From NCBI GenBank assembly GCA_965204725.1, contig OZ242005.1, forward strand, positions 1,984,001 through 2,048,000: a stretch of DNA of 64,000 nucleotides. The letters are read 5' to 3'. The stretch comes from Candidatus Latescibacterota bacterium. GTDB taxonomy: Bacteria > Latescibacterota > UBA2968 > UBA8231. A program made the translations under genes and the position numbers. The notes under the pieces were generated by a model, which saw only the letters and a program-made list of their open reading frames with translations, searched no databases and was not told the origin of the DNA. Positions 37,737 through 47,427 of this stretch are shown here, in pieces (the stretch's first letter is position 1; every line of letters starts with the position of its first letter).

Positions 37737-39394
37737 TACCGCCTACTCAAGTCTCCAAGAACGGTTCTTTTATGAAAAATGTGCTAGCTTCGCCATCGCT
37801 GCCGCTCGCGCTGTTGCTGCTCGCGCTGTCAACGATGTTCCTGTTGGGCAATGACCGGGGCCACTTCTACCGGCCCGGGGCCCACAATTGGAATTCGTCA
37901 AGGGGTCTGGCGATAGCCGAGAATCTATCCTTCAAACACAACCTCCGGCTGTTCGACTTCCGAACCTTCGACGAAGAAGGCACGCCGGCCTATATGCTAT
38001 ACGGTCGCTATCCGCTGGGCGGGTACGCGCTCATCAAGCTGGCCACCCTGCCCTTTGGAGAGGACCTGTCGGCCAAGATCTACGCCGGCCGAGTATTGAT
38101 GCTGCTGTTGTTTGCCGGTATGGGCGTCTTGGCGTATCACGCCCTGTCCCGGCTCACGTCCAATCGGTGGATCGGCCTGACGGCCACGCTCTTGGCCTTC
38201 TCCTCGCACTATTTCCTGTACTACGGCGACAAAATTTCCAACGGAGTGACCATCGGCCTCTTCGGAGTCATGCTGACCTTCCACGGGATGGTCCTCTTCG
38301 TCTTGGAAGGCCGCTTCCGGCAACTTCTGATTAAGACGTGTGCGGCCCTGCTGCTCGGCTGGCACGTCTTCGCGCTGCTGCTGCCCTTCATCGTGCTCGG
38401 CCTCGTCCATGAAGCGGTCCGGGCGCGGGCCATCGCCTCAACCCGCTCCCTGTTGGATCAACTCAAACACTTGATTCGCAGCCGGTATGTGCTGCTCGGG
38501 GGCGTCGCGCTGCTTTTTGGCATGACGGTCTTGGTCTTCAACATCGCCAACGAATACTTCGCGCAGGAGGAGGACGGAAGACTGCTAATGAAATTACCCT
38601 CGGTCCGCGCACTCAAGCAGCGCACCGCCGTGGAGGACACGTACGACATTCATTACGAGGACTGGCTGGCGTGGATGCCTTTTCTAAAAAAACAGTTCCA
38701 CCGCATTGGCATAATGTCCCTGCCCTCCTCCCTGCCGGGCTATGTGGTCAATGTGCTGGGCAAAAGCCCGAGTGAGCCGATGGAAGAGTTACAGGGCGTT
38801 GCCATAGGAGTTTTTGCGGTCGGCGCATGCTTGGTTGGTCTGGCGTTCGGCCCCCATAAAATTCTGCTGGCGACCCTGGCCCTGTTCAACTTTTGCTGGG
38901 CAGTGCCGTTGCGCCGCTCGGTCTATGCCCACAGCCACGAGGCCCTGTTTTACATCGGCATCCCCCTCGTCCTGTTCTCGCTGGTTCTGCTATACATGCG
39001 CAAGCTGGCTCAGGACGACCGGCTCATCGCCTGCTTTGCCGCCGCCGCGCTGGGGATATTCGTTCTTTCCAGTTTCAGGATGAGCCTAGTGGGCCACGAC
39101 GCCCAAGCGGCCCAATTCCACGAGACCATAATTGCCGACTTTGAGGGTATCCGTGCAATAACGCACGGGAAGATCGTTTTCGTTCCCGTATCCACCTCCG
39201 ACGAGATTACTCGGTTTGCCGGCGCGCGGTCGGCACTAGATTACTACCTCTCCGGGAGTTCCATCCTATACAACGAACACCGTCCCTACGCCGACTTCCT
39301 CCTCAAGCGCGAACGCGAGGAGGGGCCAGCCCTGCTCACCCCAGAAAACCGACTGATATTCCTATACGACAAGGCCATCTACGACGGCGAATAA
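37733..39394 (+). CDS. divergent GT-C-like polytopic membrane protein (no C-terminal module)
   Basis: Multiple TM helices, YGRYPLG loop, RVLMLLLF, HSHEALF; start may be 37772. Confidence 0.6.
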   Translation: MIPPTQVSKNGSFMKNVLASPSLPLALLLLALSTMFLLGNDRGHFYRPGAHNWNSSRGLAIAENLSFKHNLRLFDFRTFDEEGTPAYMLYGRYPLGGYALIKLATLPFGEDLSAKIYAGRVLMLLLFAGMGVLAYHALSRLTSNRWIGLTATLLAFSSHYFLYYGDKISNGVTIGLFGVMLTFHGMVLFVLEGRFRQLLIKTCAALLLGWHVFALLLPFIVLGLVHEAVRARAIASTRSLLDQLKHLIRSRYVLLGGVALLFGMTVLVFNIANEYFAQEEDGRLLMKLPSVRALKQRTAVEDTYDIHYEDWLAWMPFLKKQFHRIGIMSLPSSLPGYVVNVLGKSPSEPMEELQGVAIGVFAVGACLVGLAFGPHKILLATLALFNFCWAVPLRRSVYAHSHEALFYIGIPLVLFSLVLLYMRKLAQDDRLIACFAAAALGIFVLSSFRMSLVGHDAQAAQFHETIIADFEGIRAITHGKIVFVPVSTSDEITRFAGARSALDYYLSGSSILYNEHRPYADFLLKREREEGPALLTPENRLIFLYDKAIYDGE

Positions 39395-39413
39395 ACAGTC
39401 CGCTCCCTCTTTG

Positions 39414-40577
39414 CTACAACGCTTCTGCGTCCGAGTCTTTTGGGTCCACCTGCTGGTAGAACCGCTTCGTGCCATTTTCAATGGTCATAATGACCGCGCT
39501 TTTGGTTGGATGGCGGTTTTCGTCGTAGCGGGCAATGCGCGTTGCGCCAGCGTACTGTTCGGTCGCCAACAGTTGCCGTCGCACCGCGTCCGGGTCGAGG
39601 CTGTCCGCTCGTTCTGCGGCTTCCAAGAACAAGCGCACCGCATCGTAGCTCACCGCGTCGCCGCCGGTGGGCACCATCCCATATCGGGCTTGGTACGTGT
39701 CGATGAACGCACGCGCACTCGGCTCGTCCGTATCGGGCGAAAAGTGGCTGCTGAAAAAGCTGCCATCCACAGCGGCGGCTTCGTTTTCTAACAGCGTCGG
39801 GTTGTCCCAAGAATCGGCCCCGAGAAAAAGCGTGGGTTCCCCGGCCGCGTCTTGCAGCGGCAGGTCGCGTGCCTGCCGGGTCACCAGCGCGACTTCGGTC
39901 GTCAGCCCCGCTAGGAAAATCGCCTCGGGCGTGGCGGCCGCGATGCGAGTTAGTTGCGCGGCGAAATCCGTCGCACCCCCCTCGTAGAACTCCTCGGCGA
40001 CAATCGCTCCCCCCAAGCCGCTAAAATGGGCGGTAAAAAATTCGGCGATCCCCTCGGTATAGACTTCGCCGCGCTGCGTCAAAACAGCGGCTGCATTCAC
40101 CCCGAGCGTCTCTTTGGCAAACTGCGCCACGACGCGCCCTTGAAACTGGTCGGTGAAAGCGGCCATAAAGACAAAATCGCCCGCCGCGGTCACGGCCGGG
40201 TTGGTGGCCGCCGTGGTAATCATCGGCACGCCGTGGCGCTGGGCTACGGCCCCCACCTCAACGGCGTGTGAGGAGCGGTTGGGGCCAATGACGGCGACGA
40301 CTTCGTCGGTGCGGATCATGGTCTCAGCGGCCTGCACGGCGACTTCTGCTTCCTGTATGTCGATCTGGGTGACCAATTCGACGGACCGGCCCAGCAGCCC
40401 CCCGCGCTCGTTGACTTCGTCCACCGCGATTTTGGCCCCATTCGGATAGGTAATGCGGTCGCCCGATACGATGAACCCAATTTTAACGGGGCCTTCCGCC
40501 GCGGGAGACACAGCATCCTTATTCTCACAAGCGGCGAACGCGATAGCCGCAGCCCAGACGATGTAAAACAATTTCAT
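39414..40577 (-). CDS. LivK-like ABC transporter substrate-binding lipoprotein
   Basis: Lipobox FAAC; VNERGGLLGRSVELV, AVIGP, FTDQFQG, LGADSWD. Confidence 0.85.
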   Translation of the reverse strand: MKLFYIVWAAAIAFAACENKDAVSPAAEGPVKIGFIVSGDRITYPNGAKIAVDEVNERGGLLGRSVELVTQIDIQEAEVAVQAAETMIRTDEVVAVIGPNRSSHAVEVGAVAQRHGVPMITTAATNPAVTAAGDFVFMAAFTDQFQGRVVAQFAKETLGVNAAAVLTQRGEVYTEGIAEFFTAHFSGLGGAIVAEEFYEGGATDFAAQLTRIAAATPEAIFLAGLTTEVALVTRQARDLPLQDAAGEPTLFLGADSWDNPTLLENEAAAVDGSFFSSHFSPDTDEPSARAFIDTYQARYGMVPTGGDAVSYDAVRLFLEAAERADSLDPDAVRRQLLATEQYAGATRIARYDENRHPTKSAVIMTIENGTKRFYQQVDPKDSDAEAL

Positions 40578-41410
40578 GTCAGATCCTTTTCTAGAGGTCG
40601 GTATTCGCCGCGGGCATTCCAGCCGGGATACTGCGCTTCCAAGGCGGCCAGCGTCTGGCCGGTATAGTACGGGTGATCGGGCGGAGGGAAGCGAAAAAGC
40701 TGGCGGTCTGCGGCGGTGAGGCCGGCGATAAACTCGCAAAAGTGCGGGTCGCGCCCCACGTGGGTGTAGTGCTCAACGCCTTCCCAATAGTGGTCGGCGC
40801 GGCCATAGGCGAACTTCCAGATGTAGCGCTGGCCATCGGCGCGCCGGTAGTCGCTCGCGGCGTGCCAAGAGTAGTTGTGGAAGATGGCTACCGAGCCGCC
40901 GGGAGCGACCATCGGCTCGGCTCGGGCCGGGTCTTGGTGCTGGCCGTCGCCGTCGGCCACGAAGAGGGTCGGGGCCTGATCTGCGGCGACGTCTTCGAGG
41001 CAGAACCAGAAGTTGAGCTGGCTGTGGCACCGGTCGGATGCGGTGGGCGGCAGCAGCGAGTTGTTGCCGTTGTCGATGTGGAACGGCCCCCCCTTGCGGC
41101 CCGGGTAGGAGACCAGCCCCAAGCCGGGCCGGTAGTGGATTTGGTCGGTGCCGAGCCAGCGTTGGGCAAAAGCCATGGCTTCGCGATCGACGATGGCGCG
41201 ATTGAGGCACTGTTCGGGATAGGGGAAATAGCAGGAGTCCATGCGAGCGGCGGGCGGATCGTCTGCGATTTCGGCCCAAGGCTTGAGGATGCGGCGCAGG
41301 GCCGCGGCCATGGCGGCGCGTTGGGCTTCGGGGAGATAGCTGCGGACGATGACATAGCCGCGGGTGGCGAGCGCGTTGAGTACTTCGTCGGTTAGCTTTT
41401 GCTCCGGCAC
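40574..41410 (-). CDS. phytanoyl-CoA dioxygenase (PhyH)-family Fe(II)/2OG enzyme
   Basis: GYVIVRSYL, HID, FWFCLEDV, PGGSVAIF, WHAAS. Confidence 0.75.
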   Translation of the reverse strand: MPEQKLTDEVLNALATRGYVIVRSYLPEAQRAAMAAALRRILKPWAEIADDPPAARMDSCYFPYPEQCLNRAIVDREAMAFAQRWLGTDQIHYRPGLGLVSYPGRKGGPFHIDNGNNSLLPPTASDRCHSQLNFWFCLEDVAADQAPTLFVADGDGQHQDPARAEPMVAPGGSVAIFHNYSWHAASDYRRADGQRYIWKFAYGRADHYWEGVEHYTHVGRDPHFCEFIAGLTAADRQLFRFPPPDHPYYTGQTLAALEAQYPGWNARGEYRPLEKDLT

Positions 41411-41534
41411 GATGGGTTCCTTTCGGCTGCCGACGACGAGGGCACTTCAAAAACGACGCAAACAACCCGCTTGTCAACCGGACTTTGGCCTTTCTAACTA
41501 TGCAAATATAATATGTTGAGTTACATTTACATAG

Positions 41535-42701
41535 ATGATAGCCCGCACCATCAAGCCGACCCTAAACCATCTGCTGGACAGCAACCCGGCGGTTGCCTTG
41601 ATCGGGCCACGCCAAGTCGGCAAGACGACGCTCGCCCGGGAAGTCGCCGACGTTCGCGACGCCCTCTACTTGGACCTAGAGCGCCCCAGCGATCGGGCCA
41701 AGATCGCCGACATCGAGCAATACTGCGCTGAAAACGCCAACCGCTTGCTCATTTTCGACGAGGTCCAGCGCGCACCCGGCTTGTTCGCTCCGTTGCGCGG
41801 TATCATAGACGAACATCGGCGGGCCGGCCGGCGGACGGGGCTGTTCCTGCTGCTCGGATCGGCCTCCATCGATCTGCTACAACAGTCGAGCGAGACGCTG
41901 GCGGGTCGCGTCGCGTACTGCGAGTTGCATCCGGTCAATGCGCGAGAGGTGCCCGTGGACGCGCTGCGCCGCCTCTGGTGCCGAGGCGGTTTCCCGGAGA
42001 GCTACCTCGCCCCAAGCGACGCGGCCAGCCTCGACTGGCGGCTCTCCTTCATCCGCACGTATCTAGAGCGCGACATCCCCCAACTCGGGCCGCGCATTCC
42101 CGCCGAGACCTTGCGCCGGTTCTGGACCATGCTCGCCCACAATCAGGGGCAAACCCACAACGCGGCCTCACTCGCCCGAGGCCTCGATGTCAGCGGCGTT
42201 ACCATCGCCCGCTATCTGGATTTGCTGGCCGACCTCCTACTAGTCCACCGCCTGCCGCCTTGGACGAGCAACGTGGGCAGGCGACTCGTCAAGGCCCCCA
42301 AGGTATATGTCAGAGATAGTGGGATTTGTCACGCGCTGCTCGGCATTGAGACGCTCGACGACCTGTTCGGGCATCCGGTCATCGGCAGCAGTTGGGAAGG
42401 CTACGTCATCGAGAACATCGTCGGCGCTCTGCCGCGACGGGCGTCCTGCGGCTACTACCGCACGTCGGGCGGCGCGGAAGTGGACCTAGTGGTCCATCTC
42501 GGCGCGGGCGCAATCTGGGCCATCGAGATCAAGTACAGCTCGGCCCCCAAGGTCTCCAAGGGGTTCCACAGCGCCTGCGAAGACCTGCGGCCTGACCGGA
42601 AGTTCGTCGTTCACGCTGGCAACGAAAGTTTCCCACTGGCAAAAGACATCCGCGCCGTGACGCTCCCGGCCATCGTCCAGCTCCTGACGCAATCGCGTTG
42701 A
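41535..42701 (+). CDS. AAA_14 ATPase with DUF4143-type C-terminus (COG1373-like)
   Basis: GPRQVGKTT, IFDEVQ, LLGSAS, LAGR, GGFP, KAPKVYVRDSG, EVDLV, AIEIK. Confidence 0.9.
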   Translation: MIARTIKPTLNHLLDSNPAVALIGPRQVGKTTLAREVADVRDALYLDLERPSDRAKIADIEQYCAENANRLLIFDEVQRAPGLFAPLRGIIDEHRRAGRRTGLFLLLGSASIDLLQQSSETLAGRVAYCELHPVNAREVPVDALRRLWCRGGFPESYLAPSDAASLDWRLSFIRTYLERDIPQLGPRIPAETLRRFWTMLAHNQGQTHNAASLARGLDVSGVTIARYLDLLADLLLVHRLPPWTSNVGRRLVKAPKVYVRDSGICHALLGIETLDDLFGHPVIGSSWEGYVIENIVGALPRRASCGYYRTSGGAEVDLVVHLGAGAIWAIEIKYSSAPKVSKGFHSACEDLRPDRKFVVHAGNESFPLAKDIRAVTLPAIVQLLTQSR

Positions 42702-42721
42702 GCTATGCGGCATGGTACACT

Positions 42722-43033
42722 TTAGGCGACGTATTTCTGGATGCCGACGACGAGGGCGATGCTCAGGGCCGAGATCAGCGCGACGCCGACGAGCGTGATG
42801 ATCAGAATTTTGCCCATGAGGTAAATCCCCAAGCCCATGAGGCAGGCCACCACTCCCACCAAGAAAATCATCAGCCCCACCCACTAAGCCAACCCGTCCT
42901 TGTCGGCGACCCGATCCGGGTTGAGGCCGGAGATAAGGCCGATGCGTTTTTTGACTCCGATCAGACAGGCGATGACATAGAGCGGCAGAGCGGAAAGCAG
43001 CATGACGAGGAAGATGAGTAGGCCGGTGTTCAT
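42722..43033 (-). pseudogene. small 3-TM membrane protein (DUF3784-like) with an in-frame TAG
   Basis: Manual translation MNTGLLIFLV...ISGLNPDRVADKDGLA*WVGLMIFL...QKYVA*; TAG at 42884-42886; SD AAGGA. Confidence 0.6.
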
Positions 43034-43062
43034 TTGAGAATCCTTTCATCGGTTGGGAATCG

Positions 43063-43103
43063 TCACGACGGAAACGGCACGGGAATCTCATCGCCGTGTC
43101 ACG
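43063..43103. repeat. 41-bp copy of the 3' end of the 658-aa gene (other copy 45340-45380)
   Basis: TCACGAYGGAAACGGCACGGGAATCYCATCGCCGTGYCACG, 3 mismatches. Confidence 0.85.
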
Positions 43104-43298
43104 AGGACAGGAGTGCAGTAGCAGGACTTATAAGAGAGCCTACGATGGGAACAGTAGGCCGTCAGTCGCTAGAAATATCTGAGAATACAATAGGTCGCGG
43201 TGACTTATAGAGCTTCATTTTCCCGGTTCCGACCTAGAGGTGGCGGTTCTTTCACAACATCTCTGTCGATTCAACTTATTTATACACGAACATCATAA

Positions 43299-44222
43299 GA
43301 AGCCTTTTTAAAACTCTTTTTCTTTGTTTTTTCGCTTGAGCAACAGATGGATCATAACGATATGTATAAAGGCTTGGCTATTGTCGGTTAAGGTTTCATA
43401 GTCTTTGGCGTGGATACGATAGTTACCCAACCAAGCAAAGGTTCGTTCGACGACCCATCGGCGCTTGAGTAGGGTAAAGCCTGGACGTGGTTTTTCACGG
43501 ACGTCCAATCGGATTTTATAGGTTTGTTTTAAGTTGGCGACCCATGCGTTGAGCGCCTCCCCTCGGTAACCGGCATCGACCCATACTCTTCTCAGCCGTT
43601 GGACGCCGGCGGAGAAATAGTCCCTCAACAGGGCCTTTAGGCCGTCGGCGTCGGAGACATCGGCGGCGGTGACCTTACATTGCAGGATCGATCCTTGGCT
43701 ATCGACTAACAGGTGGCGTTTGCGTCCTTTGACCCGTTTCCCGGCGTCGTAGCCGATGGCTCGGCCTTGGGTTGCGGTCTTAACACTCTGGGCGTCGATG
43801 CCGCCGGCCGACGGGGTTGGCCGGCGGCCTTGTTGGGTGCGCTGTTGGCGGGTCAAGGCGTCCAGTATCCGGGGCCAGTGCCCGTCTCGCCGCCAGCGAT
43901 TGAAGTATCCATACACTGTTTGCCACGGCCCAAACGTCGGCGGCAGCATCGGCCACGGACAGCCGGTTTTAGCCCGATAGAGGATCCCATTGAGCACCAA
44001 ACGTAGAGTCCGGGGCGGACGACCCGGACCCCCACGACGCCAACGACGCGAGGGCAAGAAGGGAGACAGCCGCTGCCATTGCGCGTCTGTTAGGTCGGTC
44101 GGATATTGATATGGCGTACTCATCGGAGACCTTTCGTTCAGGGTTCTTAGGCGAAACCTGAAGGTGTTCGGTGAGTACGCCTACGTCAAATCCAAGCAAA
44201 AAAGGAGTTTTAAAAAGGCTTC
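43299..44222 (-). mobile_element. IS5-family element (IS1031-like), 924 bp
   Basis: Perfect 18-bp TIR GAAGCCTTTTTAAAACTC at 43299-43316 and 44205-44222; TAA duplication at 43296-43298 and 44223-44225. Confidence 0.9.
43308..44123 (-). CDS. IS5-family DDE transposase
   Basis: YPTDLTDAQW, TGCPW, IDAQSVK, GRKRHLLVD, VDAGY, RWVVERTFAW. Confidence 0.93.
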   Translation of the reverse strand: MSTPYQYPTDLTDAQWQRLSPFLPSRRWRRGGPGRPPRTLRLVLNGILYRAKTGCPWPMLPPTFGPWQTVYGYFNRWRRDGHWPRILDALTRQQRTQQGRRPTPSAGGIDAQSVKTATQGRAIGYDAGKRVKGRKRHLLVDSQGSILQCKVTAADVSDADGLKALLRDYFSAGVQRLRRVWVDAGYRGEALNAWVANLKQTYKIRLDVREKPRPGFTLLKRRWVVERTFAWLGNYRIHAKDYETLTDNSQAFIHIVMIHLLLKRKNKEKEF

Positions 44223-44816
44223 TAAGCAAAGACCGAGAACTATAAAAATAACCACTGCGAGGACTATTGCGGTACAGCACTTCATATTACTATGAATCCA
44301 TTTGATACATTCCTCATTAAGAAAAATCTTGTAACAAAGGTAGCAAACCCAAAACACCATGACCAAGAATCCCAAGCCCTGCATAAGATCTCTTGCGCGA
44401 AAAATACAAAGCCACTTATGGAAACAATTTAACTTATAGGGATAGGGTCTTTTCTCTTCTAAGAAGAGTTGATTCAGCTCAATTGTTCCAAGTTCCTTCT
44501 CAATTTGGCGAAGTCTGTCCGCTAAGATATCAGAATGCCATTGCAGATGACCGACAAGCCCCATCTTGGCGACCGTCATGAATACAACCACGGCTACCAA
44601 GGCTACTAGCTTAAGACCCCCTATCTTCGCCGAATCAAATCCAACTGAAAACGCCCCGCCCGAAATAGCAACATAGAGAGCATATATTGACCAGATTCTC
44701 ACGTCTATTTGGCGGAAGGTTTGACTCGCCTGCTCATACTCCAGCTTTAGCAAGTTGCTCTCTTGCTCATTCTCAAATCGCTCATACTTGCTCCGTTTCT
44801 CTCGAAACCATCCCAT
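44181..44816 (-). CDS. AT-rich hypothetical membrane protein, C-terminus extended by IS5
   Basis: About 4 hydrophobic segments; the last 13 residues derive from the IS end. Confidence 0.6.
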   Translation of the reverse strand: MGWFREKRSKYERFENEQESNLLKLEYEQASQTFRQIDVRIWSIYALYVAISGGAFSVGFDSAKIGGLKLVALVAVVVFMTVAKMGLVGHLQWHSDILADRLRQIEKELGTIELNQLFLEEKRPYPYKLNCFHKWLCIFRARDLMQGLGFLVMVFWVCYLCYKIFLNEECIKWIHSNMKCCTAIVLAVVIFIVLGLCLEAFLKLLFCLDLT

Positions 44817-45125
44817 AAAAATCCATCCTCGACAGCGGTGTGGCAATCTATTTATTAACCCGACGCCCGCCAAGTAAGGCGTATGCCGCGTCGCAATCGG
44901 TCAAAGCAGCGACGCCCCTCATACCCCATCGTACGACGGGCACTAGGTGCCGGTTGAGGCGGAACACGCGACCCAGCAGCTTGGCCCAGTTAAGACGGTA
45001 ACTGGAGGCTTACTCAGTGCCACCTTGAGAGCGTAGGTAGTTGGTAAGCTCTGAAGAAGTCCCCCCAAAGGGCGACTTCAGTTTCAGGACGATGCCGAAA
45101 AATCTAATAGCCGGACAACGGAGGA

Positions 45126-45314
45126 TCAAACAGCGCGTAATTTTTCAGCCGGCAGTTCCAAGGCCCGCTCCTCGTCGCCCATTTTGACGACAATTCGGAA
45201 TAGCTGACGTCCCCCTACCCCGATTCGTCCTCTATCCTCAACGACCGTCCCCGTTAAGGTCCGATTGCCAAAGGGCAGGCGGACCTTGTCTCCAATGCGG
45301 AATTTCGTAGCCAT
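45126..45314 (-). CDS. 62-aa SH3/KOW-like small protein
   Basis: FRIGDKVRL..GTVVE beta-barrel pattern; purine-rich SD. Confidence 0.55.
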   Translation of the reverse strand: MATKFRIGDKVRLPFGNRTLTGTVVEDRGRIGVGGRQLFRIVVKMGDEERALELPAEKLRAV

Positions 45315-45339
45315 GATTGTCCTATCAACCCCCTCTGCT

Positions 45340-47316
45340 TCACGATGGAAACGGCACGGGAATCCCATCGCCGTGCCACGGGAAGGCGTAGCTCGGCGCG
45401 TTGCAGAAGCGGTCTAGCCCAGCACCGATGCGAATCGCCGTGGATGGCGGCAGTTTCACCGAGAAGTACTTCCCTTCGACAGTCGTCGCCACCTCGCCAT
45501 CCTTCCCGGCGGCGCGGTATCTGAGCTCGGTAAAGCGGTGCTCGCCAAAGGCGCCGGCCTGCACGATGAGGCAGCGCGTCTCGTGCCGCGACGTGTTGAC
45601 GAGTTGGATGCCGACCACGGCCAGGCCCAGTTCATCCACCAAGGCGGCCACGTCCAACGGCAGCCCCGGACGCCGGCGATCGGCGTCGAAGTAGCGCACG
45701 GTGGCGCGTAGCAGGCCGCCGTTATAGACCGATTGCGGCGCCCCTAACGCCACCTGAGTCAGCCCCTTGGTCAACACCGGCTGCGACGGAAGCCGATTGG
45801 TCGCAATGATCTCCAAGGGACTGCGCTCGTCGGCGCGCATAGTCTCGTAGGTCTCTAGCGCCTGCTGGTACTCGGCCCGCAAGATTTGCTCCGGCCAGCC
45901 CGGATTCTTGCCGTCGTAGTACTGGAAGCGGGCGAATTCAGTATTGCCCCAGTTTTTCTCGCCCAAAGCCGTGCCCACGTCGTTCCAGTCGCGCTCCACA
46001 TCGCCATCGCGCACCAAAGTAATCAACTCGTAGTCCTGCTGGGCCATAGAAGCGTGATACAGGTGCATGATGTCTTGGCCCCGCAGCGGAGTCGGCTCCA
46101 GCCAGTAGCCGCGCATCTCAATGCCGTCGCTTACGTGCAGCCCCGGCGCTGGATTCCAGTCCCAGCCATCCGGCCCATAGCGCACCGGCACGAGCAACTG
46201 CCCGTCCTCCCGCTTCCGGCCGTTATCGACTTGCAGCTTGATTTGCGAGCGCAAAAAGTCGAGGTAGCCGTGATCGCCGGTGAGCAGTTGGGCGCATTCG
46301 ACCGCGATGTTGATGCCGTGGAACATGATGTTGTAGCCTTGGTAGTGATTCCAGCCGTACTGGCCGCCCCACCACACGCCCTCGCGGCCCCCGCCGATGA
46401 CGCCTTGGGCATCGACGTTGTCCGGGCAAATCCCACCGTTTTGCTCGGTGCGCTCCATCCACGCCTCCGTGTAGTCAAGCACCCATTGTTTGTACTGGTT
46501 GTCGCCGGTGTACAGATAGGCGTTGGTCACCAGCGCGGTGGCCGCTAGGCTGTTGGGCGTGTCGCACTGCAAGACGAGCCGGTCGAACAGCTCGACAATC
46601 TGCTGGCGGCGCGCTGGGTTTTCAAACCAGCGGGTCTCCAAATTTTTGACGATGGGATACAGACTGGCGCGCACTCCGTAGTAGTTGGCTTGGCCGCCCA
46701 GCCCGCGTCCGGCCAGCAGCATGGTGTTGGCGTATTCCGCGTCGGCGTGGAGCTTGGGGCCTTGACTCGAATGGAAGGGCGAGCGCAGGATGCGATGGTT
46801 GGGGTCCCAGTTGGGGGCTTGGGGATCCGCGCCGATAAATAGGGCCGCAAAACGCCGCGCCCGCCGCATGTTTTCCGATACCGTGGGGTCGGCCACGCCA
46901 AAGTCGTACAAGGCCATATTGCCCTCGCCCAAGTGGTGCCACTCCATGGCTTGGTCGAGGTTCCAAAACTCGTTGTGGATGGACGGCCGAAAGACCTTCA
47001 CGTGGTCGTTGTAGCGCGTACGGTGCTCCAAGCGGTCGTCGCTGATGCGGGTGACGGCGTTCCAGTTGCGGAAGTGGAGATCGAGCAAATCGTCGGCCGC
47101 GCCCAGCGCGTAGAACAGGCCAAAGTTGTACATCTGCTCGTAGAGGTCATCGACGTCCTCGGCCAGCAAGGTGCCGCCGCCGCGCTCAAAGTAGCGCCGG
47201 GCGAACAGGCGACCCGACTCCTCCATCAGCGCGATTAGATTCCGCTCCATCAAGGCCCACGCCGGCGGGGCCGCCACCTCGGTCGCTTCAATCCCAATCA
47301 CATTGTTTGCAGTCAT
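45340..47316 (-). CDS. conserved hypothetical 658-aa protein (possible alpha/alpha-barrel enzyme)
   Basis: Long ORF with host-like codon use; SD GGAGG; motifs DDLYE, WHHLGEG, CPDNV, WWGGQYGW; function not recognisable. Confidence 0.6.
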   Translation of the reverse strand: MTANNVIGIEATEVAAPPAWALMERNLIALMEESGRLFARRYFERGGGTLLAEDVDDLYEQMYNFGLFYALGAADDLLDLHFRNWNAVTRISDDRLEHRTRYNDHVKVFRPSIHNEFWNLDQAMEWHHLGEGNMALYDFGVADPTVSENMRRARRFAALFIGADPQAPNWDPNHRILRSPFHSSQGPKLHADAEYANTMLLAGRGLGGQANYYGVRASLYPIVKNLETRWFENPARRQQIVELFDRLVLQCDTPNSLAATALVTNAYLYTGDNQYKQWVLDYTEAWMERTEQNGGICPDNVDAQGVIGGGREGVWWGGQYGWNHYQGYNIMFHGINIAVECAQLLTGDHGYLDFLRSQIKLQVDNGRKREDGQLLVPVRYGPDGWDWNPAPGLHVSDGIEMRGYWLEPTPLRGQDIMHLYHASMAQQDYELITLVRDGDVERDWNDVGTALGEKNWGNTEFARFQYYDGKNPGWPEQILRAEYQQALETYETMRADERSPLEIIATNRLPSQPVLTKGLTQVALGAPQSVYNGGLLRATVRYFDADRRRPGLPLDVAALVDELGLAVVGIQLVNTSRHETRCLIVQAGAFGEHRFTELRYRAAGKDGEVATTVEGKYFSVKLPPSTAIRIGAGLDRFCNAPSYAFPWHGDGIPVPFPS

Positions 47317-47427
47317 CGCTTCCTACCTCCTGTGCGCGAGAAAGGGTCGGTCGTAATTCTAGGCGGCAACCCGTGCGCGGGCAAGCGGTCCGCTTGCCGC
47401 TCCAGCCGCATCTATTACCTTAAAAAC

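Noticed and set aside
42884-42886. Pyrrolysine or other amber recoding
   Set aside because: TAG serves as a normal stop in this window (e.g. rpsI, rpsB) and no pyl genes are present
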